Positions 1 to 8,125 of a stretch of DNA of 64,000 nt are shown here, piece after piece. Source of the stretch: Xanthobacteraceae bacterium (GTDB lineage: Bacteria; Pseudomonadota; Alphaproteobacteria; Rhizobiales; Xanthobacteraceae); NCBI GenBank assembly GCA_040510815.1, contig JBEVIH010000031.1, forward strand, positions 38,033 through 102,032, in the 5' to 3' direction. Both the position numbers and the translations under genes were made by a program. The notes under the pieces are model-generated. The model saw only the letters and a list, made by a program, of their open reading frames with translations, was not told where the DNA came from and did no database searches. Position 1 is the stretch's first letter; every line of letters begins with the position of its first letter.

Positions 1-839
1 AGGACCGCTCCGGTCAGCAGAAAGGTCTGCACGCCCGGCCACAGGTCGCTGCCCAGCCTGATCGGCGCGCGCGCCGCGGCCAGGGCCGCCGGCTGCGGCC
101 CGCTGCGAGCCGTCGTCGGCCCGAAGTGCCGCACTGGGCGCTCCGCCTCGACCGCGACCTCCGGCAAGTCGGTTGCCGCCAGAGCGCCCTGCCGCATCTC
201 GTAGCTGCGCTGCGCACGCTTGGCGAGCTGCAGATCGTGGGTGACGAGCGCCAAGCCGAACGCCTCGGTTCGCTGCAGCGCTTCGAGCAGGTCGATGATG
301 TCGGCTTCGGTGTCTTCGTCGAGGTCGCTGGTCGGCTCGTCGGCGAGCAAGAGCGGCGGCGAATTGATCAGCGCGCGGGCGACCACCGCCCGGCGCTGCT
401 CGCCGCCCGACATGCTGCCCGGATAGGCGTCAGCGCGCTCCGCCAGGCCGACGCGGGCGAGCAGATCGTAGGCGCGCGCATACGCCGCCTGCGCATCCAT
501 CGTGCGGCCGAGCAGCGCCGGAACCGCGACATTGTCCACCGCCGTGAGGTTCGACAGGAGGCTTGGAAACTGGAACACGAAGCCGATATGGCGGGAGCGG
601 ACGATCGCCCGCTCCGCCTCTGGCAACGCCCAGATATCGGTGCCGTCGAGCAGGACCTTGCCTTGCGTCGGCGGGGTCAGCGCCCCGAGCATGGCCATCA
701 GCGTCGACTTGCCCGAGCCCGACCGTCCGACGATCGACACGAACTCGCCGCGCTTGAGCTCGAGGCTGGCGTCGCGCACCGCCACGTAGCCCGGCGCGGG
801 ACCGTATCGCTTGGTCAGCGACTGCGCCGAGAGGGTCAC
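1..839 (-). CDS. ABC transporter ATP-binding protein (MacB/LolD type), C-terminal end runs off the window
   Basis: Absent from the ORF track because there is no stop inside the window. Hand translation of the minus strand from GTG at 839 gives VTLSAQSLTKRYG..GRSGSGKSTLM (Walker A)..SMSGGEQRRAVVARAL (ABC signature)..LLLADEPTSDLD (Walker B)..VTHD. GTGA overlap with the stop of the upstream permease. The frame stays open about 60 codons past the usual end of the ATPase domain. Confidence 0.85.
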   Translation of the reverse strand, partial: MTLSAQSLTKRYGPAPGYVAVRDASLELKRGEFVSIVGRSGSGKSTLMAMLGALTPPTQGKVLLDGTDIWALPEAERAIVRSRHIGFVFQFPSLLSNLTAVDNVAVPALLGRTMDAQAAYARAYDLLARVGLAERADAYPGSMSGGEQRRAVVARALINSPPLLLADEPTSDLDEDTEADIIDLLEALQRTEAFGLALVTHDLQLAKRAQRSYEMRQGALAATDLPEVAVEAERPVRHFGPTTARSGPQPAALAAARAPIRLGSDLWPGVQTFLLTGAV

Positions 840-2137
840 CGGCCCTCCGTCTGGATGAGCGCATAGGGTGCCATGCGGCGCACCCGCCAAGCCGGCAGCA
901 GGGCCCCGACGAGGCCGAGGACCGCCGAGAACACGATCGCCACGATCGCGCCCACCTGCAGCACCGCGAGCGGCGGCCAGGCGAACGGTACGCCGAGCAG
1001 GCCGAAATAGAAGCCGAGCGAGCGGGCGAACATCAGCAGTATGACGGCGCCGAAGCCGAGCCCGGCGAGGCCGCCCAGGCCGGTGATGATCGCCGCCTCG
1101 GTGAGAATGATGGTCATGACCTGATTGGGCTGCGCGCCCATCGCCCGCAGCAGGCCGACCTCGCGATGGCGCTCCTGCACGATCGCCGAGAACAGCAGCG
1201 AGACCAGGATCAGCAGCGCGACGAGCTGGAACGCGGTGAACACCGAGATGCCCACCAGCAGCGTGCTCAGCGCCTGCCGCGACGAGGTGAGCACGGTGTT
1301 GCCCTCGACGATCTTGACGTCGGGAAGCTGGGCGAGCGCGAACTTGACGTCCTCCGGCCTCACTCCCGGTGCGAGCTGCAGCAGGAAGGCCGAAACCCGG
1401 TCGAGCGCGAGATCGGGCGAGCAGACGTCCGCATGGCTCATGGCCGCGAGTGCCGGCGTGTCGTCCGTCGCCTTTGGCGGCGGGTTGCCGGCAGCCACCG
1501 ACGTGCGGCAGAACGAGACGACGTCGGCCAGCGCGTCGAAGCTGAGAAAATAGGACTCGTCGAACGGCCCGACGCCGGTCTTGCCGAGCCGGCCATAGAC
1601 GCTCATCGGCCGGCCGCAGACGCTGAGCGCTCCGCCGAGCGGCGCGGCGAGGCGGCTGCCGGCGATCAGGCCCTCGACCGGTCCCGGCTGGCGCTGCTCA
1701 AGCCAGGTCAGGACCGAGAAGTCGTGCCCCGGATCGAACGCGATCAGGTTGGCGTGGCGTCCCTCCACCAGCGAGGGGACGATGCGCTGCGGCGCCACCT
1801 GGGCGACCCCGGGCATCGCGGCGATCCGCTGCGCCAGGTCCGCGGCCAGGGTCGCGTCCGTGGGCTGCACGGTAAGCAGGCTCGCGGTGATGTTCACCAA
1901 GGTCGCTCGCGGGACGACGACGAGATCGGCGCCCATGCGCGCGAAACTCACCGCGATGCCCTCGCGCAGCGCCCAGCCGGCGACGAAGCTGGCGAAGCCG
2001 ATGCCGACGCCGAGCATCACCGCCACGCCCAGGAAGATCGCGCGCAGCCGGCGGCGGCCGACGTTCTGCGCCGCCAGCCGGATCAGCAGCCAACGATCAT
2101 GCCGGCGCCGCGCCATCTCGCTTCCCGGCCTCCTCAT
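836..2137 (-). CDS. ABC transporter permease, FtsX/MacB type
   Basis: 433-aa ORF with an N-terminal TM helix, a large extracytoplasmic loop, and a C-terminal FtsX-like module (LLFSAIVQERHREVGLLRAMGAQPNQVMTIILTEAAIITGLGG..). Translationally coupled to the ATPase. An alternative start at 2116 (MARRRHDRW) is possible. Confidence 0.85.
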   Translation of the reverse strand: MRRPGSEMARRRHDRWLLIRLAAQNVGRRRLRAIFLGVAVMLGVGIGFASFVAGWALREGIAVSFARMGADLVVVPRATLVNITASLLTVQPTDATLAADLAQRIAAMPGVAQVAPQRIVPSLVEGRHANLIAFDPGHDFSVLTWLEQRQPGPVEGLIAGSRLAAPLGGALSVCGRPMSVYGRLGKTGVGPFDESYFLSFDALADVVSFCRTSVAAGNPPPKATDDTPALAAMSHADVCSPDLALDRVSAFLLQLAPGVRPEDVKFALAQLPDVKIVEGNTVLTSSRQALSTLLVGISVFTAFQLVALLILVSLLFSAIVQERHREVGLLRAMGAQPNQVMTIILTEAAIITGLGGLAGLGFGAVILLMFARSLGFYFGLLGVPFAWPPLAVLQVGAIVAIVFSAVLGLVGALLPAWRVRRMAPYALIQTEGR

Positions 2138-2191
2138 CGGCTGCAGCGAGCAGGAAACGGGCGGTTGCAGCGGCGGTGACGGCGCGCCGGG

Positions 2192-2857
2192 TTACGTGAA
2201 CCCGGCCCGTTGTCCGAGCAGAACATCCCTGGCCTCGTCGATCTTCATGCTCAGGTAATGGGTGCCGCCGAGCGCCGGATCCACTTTCTGCTCGAGGCGG
2301 CGGTGCGCGTCCAAGATCTCCTGGGCGCCGGCGGCGGGCATGAGCCCGAGCACGTCGAGCGCCTCCTCGGCCGACATCCGCGTGCGCAAGGCGCCGGAGC
2401 CATTCATCGGTCCGCTCGCGAGGGTCCGGTCGCTCGGCTTGGTCTCGATTTGCGCTCTGCTCTCCTCCAGATAGGCCCGCAACACCGCGATGGACTGCTG
2501 CACCAGCTCCGGATCGGTCGTCACGCGCGCCGTCGAGAAGCCGCCAGGCCCGGCGCCCACATCCGGGGCGGGAGGAAAGCCGGCATGGAGCGGGGCAAAC
2601 AGCACGCGCCAGCGCGGCGCCGCCTGAACGAACACCGGCAGCATGAAGGCCGCCAGCATCATGGCGCCGGTCCACCGGCCGCTGGCGATCAGCCACACCA
2701 AGGCGGTGACCGCGAGCACGACGAACGCGACCAGGGCCCAGCGCCCGGCATTGATGATCGTCCGCGGGTCGGCGTTGAGGATCCAGTCGCCCACCTTGAT
2801 CGCCGACACGAACAGGGAGAGCCCGAGCGTCGCATAGGCCATGACTGTCAGGTCCAT
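2192..2857 (-). CDS. membrane protein with C-terminal degenerate J (DnaJ-like) domain
   Basis: 221 aa. It has three hydrophobic segments at the N-terminus. The C-terminal ..MSAEEALDVLGLMPAAGAQEILDAHRRLEQKVDPALGGTHYLSMKIDEARDVLLG matches the J-domain helix II-III pattern, but the HPD tripeptide reads DPA. GAGGAG lies 9 nt upstream of the ATG. Confidence 0.6.
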   Translation of the reverse strand: MDLTVMAYATLGLSLFVSAIKVGDWILNADPRTIINAGRWALVAFVVLAVTALVWLIASGRWTGAMMLAAFMLPVFVQAAPRWRVLFAPLHAGFPPAPDVGAGPGGFSTARVTTDPELVQQSIAVLRAYLEESRAQIETKPSDRTLASGPMNGSGALRTRMSAEEALDVLGLMPAAGAQEILDAHRRLEQKVDPALGGTHYLSMKIDEARDVLLGQRAGFT

Positions 2858-3093
2858 GACAGACGCTCCTCTCAGCGGGGCCGCCGGATACGTGAAGAAT
2901 CGAATGATAGCCGCGGCCTGCGAGTTCGGCCACCGTCGATTTGCACAGGCGCGGCGCGGCTATTGCGCCGCTTCGGTCAGCGAGGATCGAAAGGCCTGAA
3001 TTGATTCAAACTGCTTGGAAATGCGCATCGATCAGCGCAAGACCATGCGAGCGGGGTGAGACGGGAACGCGGCTGGCTCCGGCGCCAAAGGAA

Positions 3094-3125
3094 AGAGCCC
3101 CGGGTGTGGGGTTTCCCGGGGCTCT
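3094..3125 (-). terminator. perfect 11-bp stem hairpin (agagccccggg / cccggggctct), T-rich tail on the minus strand
   Basis: Read directly: 11-bp GC-rich stem and 10-nt loop. On the minus strand it is followed by ttcctttgg. It is preceded by a second hairpin, cgctcgatg/catcgagcg, at 3132-3167. Both lie downstream of the small ORF 3186-3281. Confidence 0.45.
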
Positions 3126-3185
3126 TCTAGCCGCTCGATGGTGGATGGGGGTGGGGGTCATCGAGCGAAATGTCGGTGTCTCGGT

Positions 3186-3281
3186 CTAGTGAGCGGCGGC
3201 CGTGCGGCTCATCACCACCGCGATCAGACCGGGGAATGCGATCGCCGCCGCGAACAGGGCAAAAGTCGCCAGGGCCAGCAT
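3186..3281 (-). CDS. putative 31-aa hydrophobic small membrane protein
   Basis: Internal ATG of the 77-aa track ORF, giving MLALATFALFAAAIAFPGLIAVVMSRTAAAH. AAAGGGGA lies 5-6 nt upstream of this ATG. Two hairpins sit downstream. There is no homology support. Confidence 0.3.
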   Translation of the reverse strand: MLALATFALFAAAIAFPGLIAVVMSRTAAAH

Positions 3282-3631
3282 GACAGTCCCCTTTTGGTTG
3301 GGCCGGGAGGTTCCCGGCGTCATGAGGGCACCATGCCGGACGGCCGCCCTACGCGATGTGATGGTCATCACAAAATTGTCGAATAGCGGCCGGCTATCGC
3401 GGGGCCTTGGGGCCCGCATGTGGCCGCGGCCGGCGGTGCACCGGCGATCCGCGGGTCGCTCAGACCGCGACCTCGGGGTCGTAATCGAACGCCGCTCGTC
3501 CTGTCAGACGTGAACGTTCGTCTGCGTGCTGTCGAGCATCATCCTGATGACCTCGTCGCCGGCGGTGAGGTTTGTGCCCGTATCGCTGATCGTCGCCACG
3601 TGAGCCGGCGGAGAAGAAAAAGAAGAATCTG

Positions 3632-4639
3632 TCAGCGCGACGTCATTTTCCTGTTGCCTACGTCCGCCCTCAGGCCGCCGGCGAGACGCTCGATGGCCGC
3701 GACCGACAGCGGCTGCGCCGCCAGCTTGGCGGCGTAGATCGCCGCGCCGCCGCTGGGCGTGACGATCGGCGCCTGCAGGCGATAGCTGCCGGATTGCCGC
3801 ACGAGATGGCGCTCGAACGGGCCGAGGATCAGCGGCCCGGCATTGAAGACGCCGCCGGAATAGGAAACCGGAACGCCTTCGCCAGGCGCGAATTCCAGCG
3901 CCTGGCGCACCGCCTCGACCACGGCCGCGAGCTCGCGCGCCGCATCGTCGAAGATGTGGACGGCCGAGGGATCGCCGTCCCGCGCCGCGCGGGTGACGAG
4001 CTCCGACATGGCGGCGATGCTGCCGCGGGTGTGCTCATTGAGGACCTTGGCGCATAGGTCGAGGTCCGCGCTCAGGCCGAACGATGCCCTGAAAGCGGCA
4101 TGGAGCGGCCCCTTCGGCAGACGGCCGTCGCTCATCCGCGTGAAGACGTTCAGGCTTTGCACCGCGATCCAGTAGGCGGAGCCCTCATCGCCGAACACCT
4201 CGCCCCAGCCGCCGGCGCGCGCCGACTTGCCCCGGCGCTCGCCATAGCCGATCGAGCCGGTTCCGGCGACGACGTTGATGCCGTCCTCGCCGCCGAGCGA
4301 GCCGGCCCAGGCGCAGACCATGTCATTGCCGCAGCGATAGCGGCGATGGCCGAGCAGCGGCTCCGGCATGGCGTCGAGCAGCGGCTGCGCCACGCTGTCT
4401 TCGCCATGGGCTGGAATACCGAAAAAGGCGTGCGCGATGGCGCCGCCGTCGATCCCCGCCTGGCCGAACAGCGCGGCGAGCCCCTCGGCGAGCACGGCAC
4501 GCAGGCCGTCCATGCCGATCTCGAGATGATAGGAGCCCGGCCCCTGCTGCGAGGCGAGGAGGTTGCCGTCGCGATCGACCAGCACGAAACGCGTCTTGGT
4601 GCCGCCGCCGTCGACGCCGAGGAAGAGTGGCAGGCTCAT
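3632..4639 (-). CDS. BadF/BadG/BcrA/BcrD-type ATPase, N-acetylhexosamine kinase-like
   Basis: 335 aa. N-terminal LGVDGGGTKTRFVLVD phosphate-1 motif and AGTGSIGYG phosphate-2-like motif, typical of the GlcNAc-kinase/BadF family. Last gene of the sugar operon. Confidence 0.8.
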   Translation of the reverse strand: MSLPLFLGVDGGGTKTRFVLVDRDGNLLASQQGPGSYHLEIGMDGLRAVLAEGLAALFGQAGIDGGAIAHAFFGIPAHGEDSVAQPLLDAMPEPLLGHRRYRCGNDMVCAWAGSLGGEDGINVVAGTGSIGYGERRGKSARAGGWGEVFGDEGSAYWIAVQSLNVFTRMSDGRLPKGPLHAAFRASFGLSADLDLCAKVLNEHTRGSIAAMSELVTRAARDGDPSAVHIFDDAARELAAVVEAVRQALEFAPGEGVPVSYSGGVFNAGPLILGPFERHLVRQSGSYRLQAPIVTPSGGAAIYAAKLAAQPLSVAAIERLAGGLRADVGNRKMTSR

Positions 4640-4643
4640 GGCG

Positions 4644-5801
4644 TCACCTGACGGCGTGAATGCGCACGCCTTGCACGACGCGATTCACGGTGCCCGCGAC
4701 GTTGGGATTGTCCGGCGAAAGCCCGCGGCGGAGCGACTCCTCGAACGCGAAAATCTGCGGTGCGGCGATGAACGGGATCAGGAGATCGACGTCCTGCGCG
4801 TCCGCCATGGCGGGGACCAGGATGCGCTCGACCCCGGCGGGCACCCCGTCGCCGCGGCCGCAGATCGCGAGCAGGCCGCCGGCCTTGCCGTCGCGCCGGA
4901 TCTCCTCCAACAGGTCGAGATCGTAGCGGCGCGTATAGGCGTCGTTGGAGAGGAAGACCACGACGAGCGCCCGGTCATTGACCATCGTCTTCGGCCCGTG
5001 CCGGAAACCCATGGGGGAGTCATAGGCGGCGATCACCCCGCCGTCGGTCAGCTCGAGCAGCTTGAGCGCGGCCTCGCGCGCAAGTCCCTTGAAGATATGG
5101 CTGCCGAGATAGACCACGCGCTCGTATCCCTTTGCGGCGAGCATCTTCATCGCGTCCGCCTGCGATGCGATGATGATTTCGACCGCCCGCGCGATCCGAT
5201 CGACCCGCGTTGCCATGCCGTCGATGCCGGACAGCGCGGCAAGCGCCGCATACATCATGCAACTGAAGCTCGACGTCATGGCAAAGCTTCGGTCATGCGT
5301 TTCCTCGGGCAGCAGGATCGCGACCCCTTTGCCGGCTGTCCCGGTCTTGCGCGCCAGCGCGCCGTCCGGATTGCAGGTGATCGCAAGGTGATGGATGTCG
5401 CCGACGAACCGGTCGGCGAGATCGAGCGCGGCGACGCTTTCCGGGCTGTCGCCCGATCGGCCGAACGACACCAGCAGTGTCGGCGTGTCTGCCTCGAAAT
5501 AGAGACTTGGCGCGGACACCAGATCGGTGGTGGCGATCGCCTCGACCCGGCACGGCAGCCGGGCGGCCAGATAGGGCGCTAGGCATTCGCCGATGAAGGC
5601 GGACGTGCCGGCGCCGGTCAGAACCACGCGCGCCGCGGCGCGCTCCAGCAACGGGCGCAGGAAGCTCTCCAGCGCGGCCTTGCGGGCGACGAGCGCCGCG
5701 TGGGTCTTGCGCAGCATCACCGGCTGCTGCGCGATCTCGCGCGCGGTCCAGAGCGCGCCGAGCGCCTGCAGCTCACCTTCGTCGCGGCCGAGCTTAGCCA
5801 T
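4644..5801 (-). CDS. agaS: double-SIS-domain sugar-phosphate isomerase/deaminase, AgaS-like
   Basis: The track ORF extends to 5918, but the conserved N-terminus starts at the internal Met (MAKLGRDEGELQALGALWTAREIAQQPVML) at 5801. Motifs VLTGAGTSAFIG and SFGRSGDSPES are SIS-typical. 8-nt overlap with the upstream gene. Confidence 0.8.
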   Translation of the reverse strand: MAKLGRDEGELQALGALWTAREIAQQPVMLRKTHAALVARKAALESFLRPLLERAAARVVLTGAGTSAFIGECLAPYLAARLPCRVEAIATTDLVSAPSLYFEADTPTLLVSFGRSGDSPESVAALDLADRFVGDIHHLAITCNPDGALARKTGTAGKGVAILLPEETHDRSFAMTSSFSCMMYAALAALSGIDGMATRVDRIARAVEIIIASQADAMKMLAAKGYERVVYLGSHIFKGLAREAALKLLELTDGGVIAAYDSPMGFRHGPKTMVNDRALVVVFLSNDAYTRRYDLDLLEEIRRDGKAGGLLAICGRGDGVPAGVERILVPAMADAQDVDLLIPFIAAPQIFAFEESLRRGLSPDNPNVAGTVNRVVQGVRIHAVR

Positions 5802-7092
5802 GACACTTCTCTTTCGCGGGCGACACCGCCGCATGATAGTCGTCGAGCACCGTCCACACATGCGCCATTGCCAGCTCGGCCGGGCTGCCGCCGATGCGCC
5901 CGTCCTGCAGCGCGGCATGGGCGAGCGGCAGATATTGGCTGATCAAGGCTGGCGGCGGCGGGTTACGGGTGAGGTTGCGGAACATCGTCTCCTGTGCGCG
6001 GGCAATCTCCGAGTCGGGCCAGTAATAACGTATCCGGTCGCTGAGGCTGTATTGCAGGTCATGGTCCAGCGCGGCGCCGCGCGCATGATAGTATTTGGCC
6101 CAGTGCCGTGGCTCGGCCTTCATGCGCGCGATCGCGATATTGCGGAAGCCGGACACCGAACCGGGCTCGATCCATTCGCGTTCGATCGCGTCCAGCGCCC
6201 ACAGCGCCTCGCGCAGCGCGAAGGTCACGCCGGGGCCGACCTTGAGGATCGCGAAATGATCCCGCACCAGCGCCTTGAGCGCGGACGCTGTTTGATAGTC
6301 GGTCGAATGGGCCTCGAAGACCAGGCCGTCGCAGCCCTCGATCATCCGGTTGAGCGCCCGCGCCTTCTCGGGCGCATAGCTGACCACCTTGCGATGATCG
6401 AATTCGACGCCCGGCTGGACGACGGCGGCAATCACGCGCGGCCAGGCGTCGGCGAGGCCGGCCGCGGTGAAGGTCGCGCGATGGGTGTCGATCGTCGTGC
6501 GCGCCGCCTCAGGCGTGGTGATGGCGAGCGTGTCCAGCGCTTCCGCGGCGCCGCCGGGAACCGGTACCTCGGTGCCGATGACATAGACCGGCGGCTCTCC
6601 TCCCGCGCGCGCATGGGTCCGCTCGGCGACCGCGCAGAGGCGCGCCGCGCGCCGCGCGATCGTCTCGTCGGACAGCGGCGCTCGATCGTCCGCGCACGAC
6701 ATCGAGCAGTCGAGATGGATCTTGCGGAAGCTGGCGCGGACGTAGTCCTCGATCATCACGTCGGCCCGCGCCATCGCCTGCTCGGCCGGCAGCGCCTGCC
6801 AGGCATTGGGACCGAGATGGTCCCCACCGAGCAGGATGCGATCGCGAGCCAGGCCGACGCGATCGGCAATGCGATATACAGAGTCACGGAAGTCGGCCGG
6901 CGTCATGCCGGTATAGCCGCCGTCCTGGTTGACCTGGTTCGAGGTCGCTTCGATCAGCGCGAACGGTGCGCCCGTCTGCCGGGCATGGAGGAACGTCGCC
7001 TCGATCGCCAACGGATGCGCGGAGCATACCGAAAACAGCCCGCACGGCTCGCCTGCCTTGTGACGCGCGATCAGGTCGAGAATGGCCTTCAT
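5794..7092 (-). CDS. GatZ/KbaZ/AgaZ family protein (tagatose-bisphosphate aldolase non-catalytic subunit / tagatose-6-P epimerase-like)
   Basis: MKAILDLIARHKAGEPCGLFSVCSAHPLAIEATFLHARQTGAPFALIEATSNQVNQDGGYTGMTPADF is a clear GatZ/KbaZ N-terminus. Start chosen at the internal Met at 7092. Confidence 0.85.
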   Translation of the reverse strand: MKAILDLIARHKAGEPCGLFSVCSAHPLAIEATFLHARQTGAPFALIEATSNQVNQDGGYTGMTPADFRDSVYRIADRVGLARDRILLGGDHLGPNAWQALPAEQAMARADVMIEDYVRASFRKIHLDCSMSCADDRAPLSDETIARRAARLCAVAERTHARAGGEPPVYVIGTEVPVPGGAAEALDTLAITTPEAARTTIDTHRATFTAAGLADAWPRVIAAVVQPGVEFDHRKVVSYAPEKARALNRMIEGCDGLVFEAHSTDYQTASALKALVRDHFAILKVGPGVTFALREALWALDAIEREWIEPGSVSGFRNIAIARMKAEPRHWAKYYHARGAALDHDLQYSLSDRIRYYWPDSEIARAQETMFRNLTRNPPPPALISQYLPLAHAALQDGRIGGSPAELAMAHVWTVLDDYHAAVSPAKEKCHG

Positions 7093-7162
7093 TGAAACTC
7101 TTCTTCGGATTTCGCCCGGCGCCACAGGCGCGGCAATCACCCTGTTTTGAGTATCATGCGTC

Positions 7163-8125
7163 TCAGGACGTGGTCGGCTTCGTTGTCGTGTCGACCGTCG
7201 CTCCCTCCTCCGGCGTCAGCGCCAGCAAGAGCGCGGCGATGCACGCCAGCACCAGGCCGACGAGCTTGAGCCGTCCCGGCAGCGTACCGATCGCGATGAG
7301 CGAGATCACCGCCGTCATCAGCGGCGCGCCCGCATTGGTGAGTGGCGACACGATGATCGCCTGGCCGTAGCGGAAGGCGTAGACGATGGTGAGCGCGCCG
7401 ATCGCGTTCAGCAGCTGGATCCCCGCCGCCAGATAGGGGCCGTCGGCGCCCCAGTTCACCGGCTTGGTGAAGTCGGTCATCGTCCACGCGATCGGAGCCA
7501 GCAACAGCCCCGTCGCCGTCATGTAGAAGAAGATGCTCTCCGCGCTCATCGTGCGGTTCGCGAGCCGCATGAAGTAGGCCTGCACGCCCCAGGCCCCCAT
7601 GACGATGAGCGAGAGCAGGAACCAGCCCCGCCCCTGGCTCGCGACCAGGCGCTCGCCTTCGGCAAGCTCCGGCGGGGAGAAATCGAACAACGGCAGCGCC
7701 GCGAGCGCGAGCAGGATGCCGGCCGCGCCCACGATGTTCGTGCGCTCGCCGAGCAGGAGAAAGGACATGGCGATGGTCACGACCGGCGACAGCGAGATCA
7801 GCGGAAAGATCAGATAGGGCGGACCCGTGGTCACCGCATGGAACAGCAGCATCTGGCCGCCGGCGCCGGTGAGCCCGATGATCACGCCATAGGCCACCGA
7901 TCGCGGATCGCGATCGAGCCGCCAGCCGGCGCGCGCGAGCGCATAGAGCGCCGGCGGGATCATCGTCAGCGACCAGACGCAATAGACCAGCGTCTCTGGA
8001 AAGCCGCGCTCCGCCGAGATCCCGGTGAACGCGCCCCACACGCCCCACAGGATCGTGGTTGCGAAGGCATAGAGCAGCCATGCCTTCGGCCGCGTCGCCT
8101 GGTGCAGGGCCACGTCCGACACCAT
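7163..8125 (-). CDS. EamA/DMT-superfamily transporter
   Basis: About 10 hydrophobic segments with a two-fold EamA-like organisation. Start taken at MVSDVALHQ (8125), which gives a TGATG overlap with the stop of the glycosidase gene. Confidence 0.7.
   Translation of the reverse strand: MVSDVALHQATRPKAWLLYAFATTILWGVWGAFTGISAERGFPETLVYCVWSLTMIPPALYALARAGWRLDRDPRSVAYGVIIGLTGAGGQMLLFHAVTTGPPYLIFPLISLSPVVTIAMSFLLLGERTNIVGAAGILLALAALPLFDFSPPELAEGERLVASQGRGWFLLSLIVMGAWGVQAYFMRLANRTMSAESIFFYMTATGLLLAPIAWTMTDFTKPVNWGADGPYLAAGIQLLNAIGALTIVYAFRYGQAIIVSPLTNAGAPLMTAVISLIAIGTLPGRLKLVGLVLACIAALLLALTPEEGATVDTTTKPTTS

Noticed and set aside
3440-3600. Possible 32-aa minus-strand ORF (VATISDTGTNLTAGDEVIRMMLDSTQTNVHV) downstream of the kinase gene
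   Set aside because: It has a GTG start without any purine-rich RBS and no supporting structure or motif. It is probably non-coding spacer.
5593-7095. 500-aa plus-strand ORF
   Set aside because: It is antisense to the GatZ/KbaZ gene, whose translation is unmistakable. The composition is a high-GC artefact.
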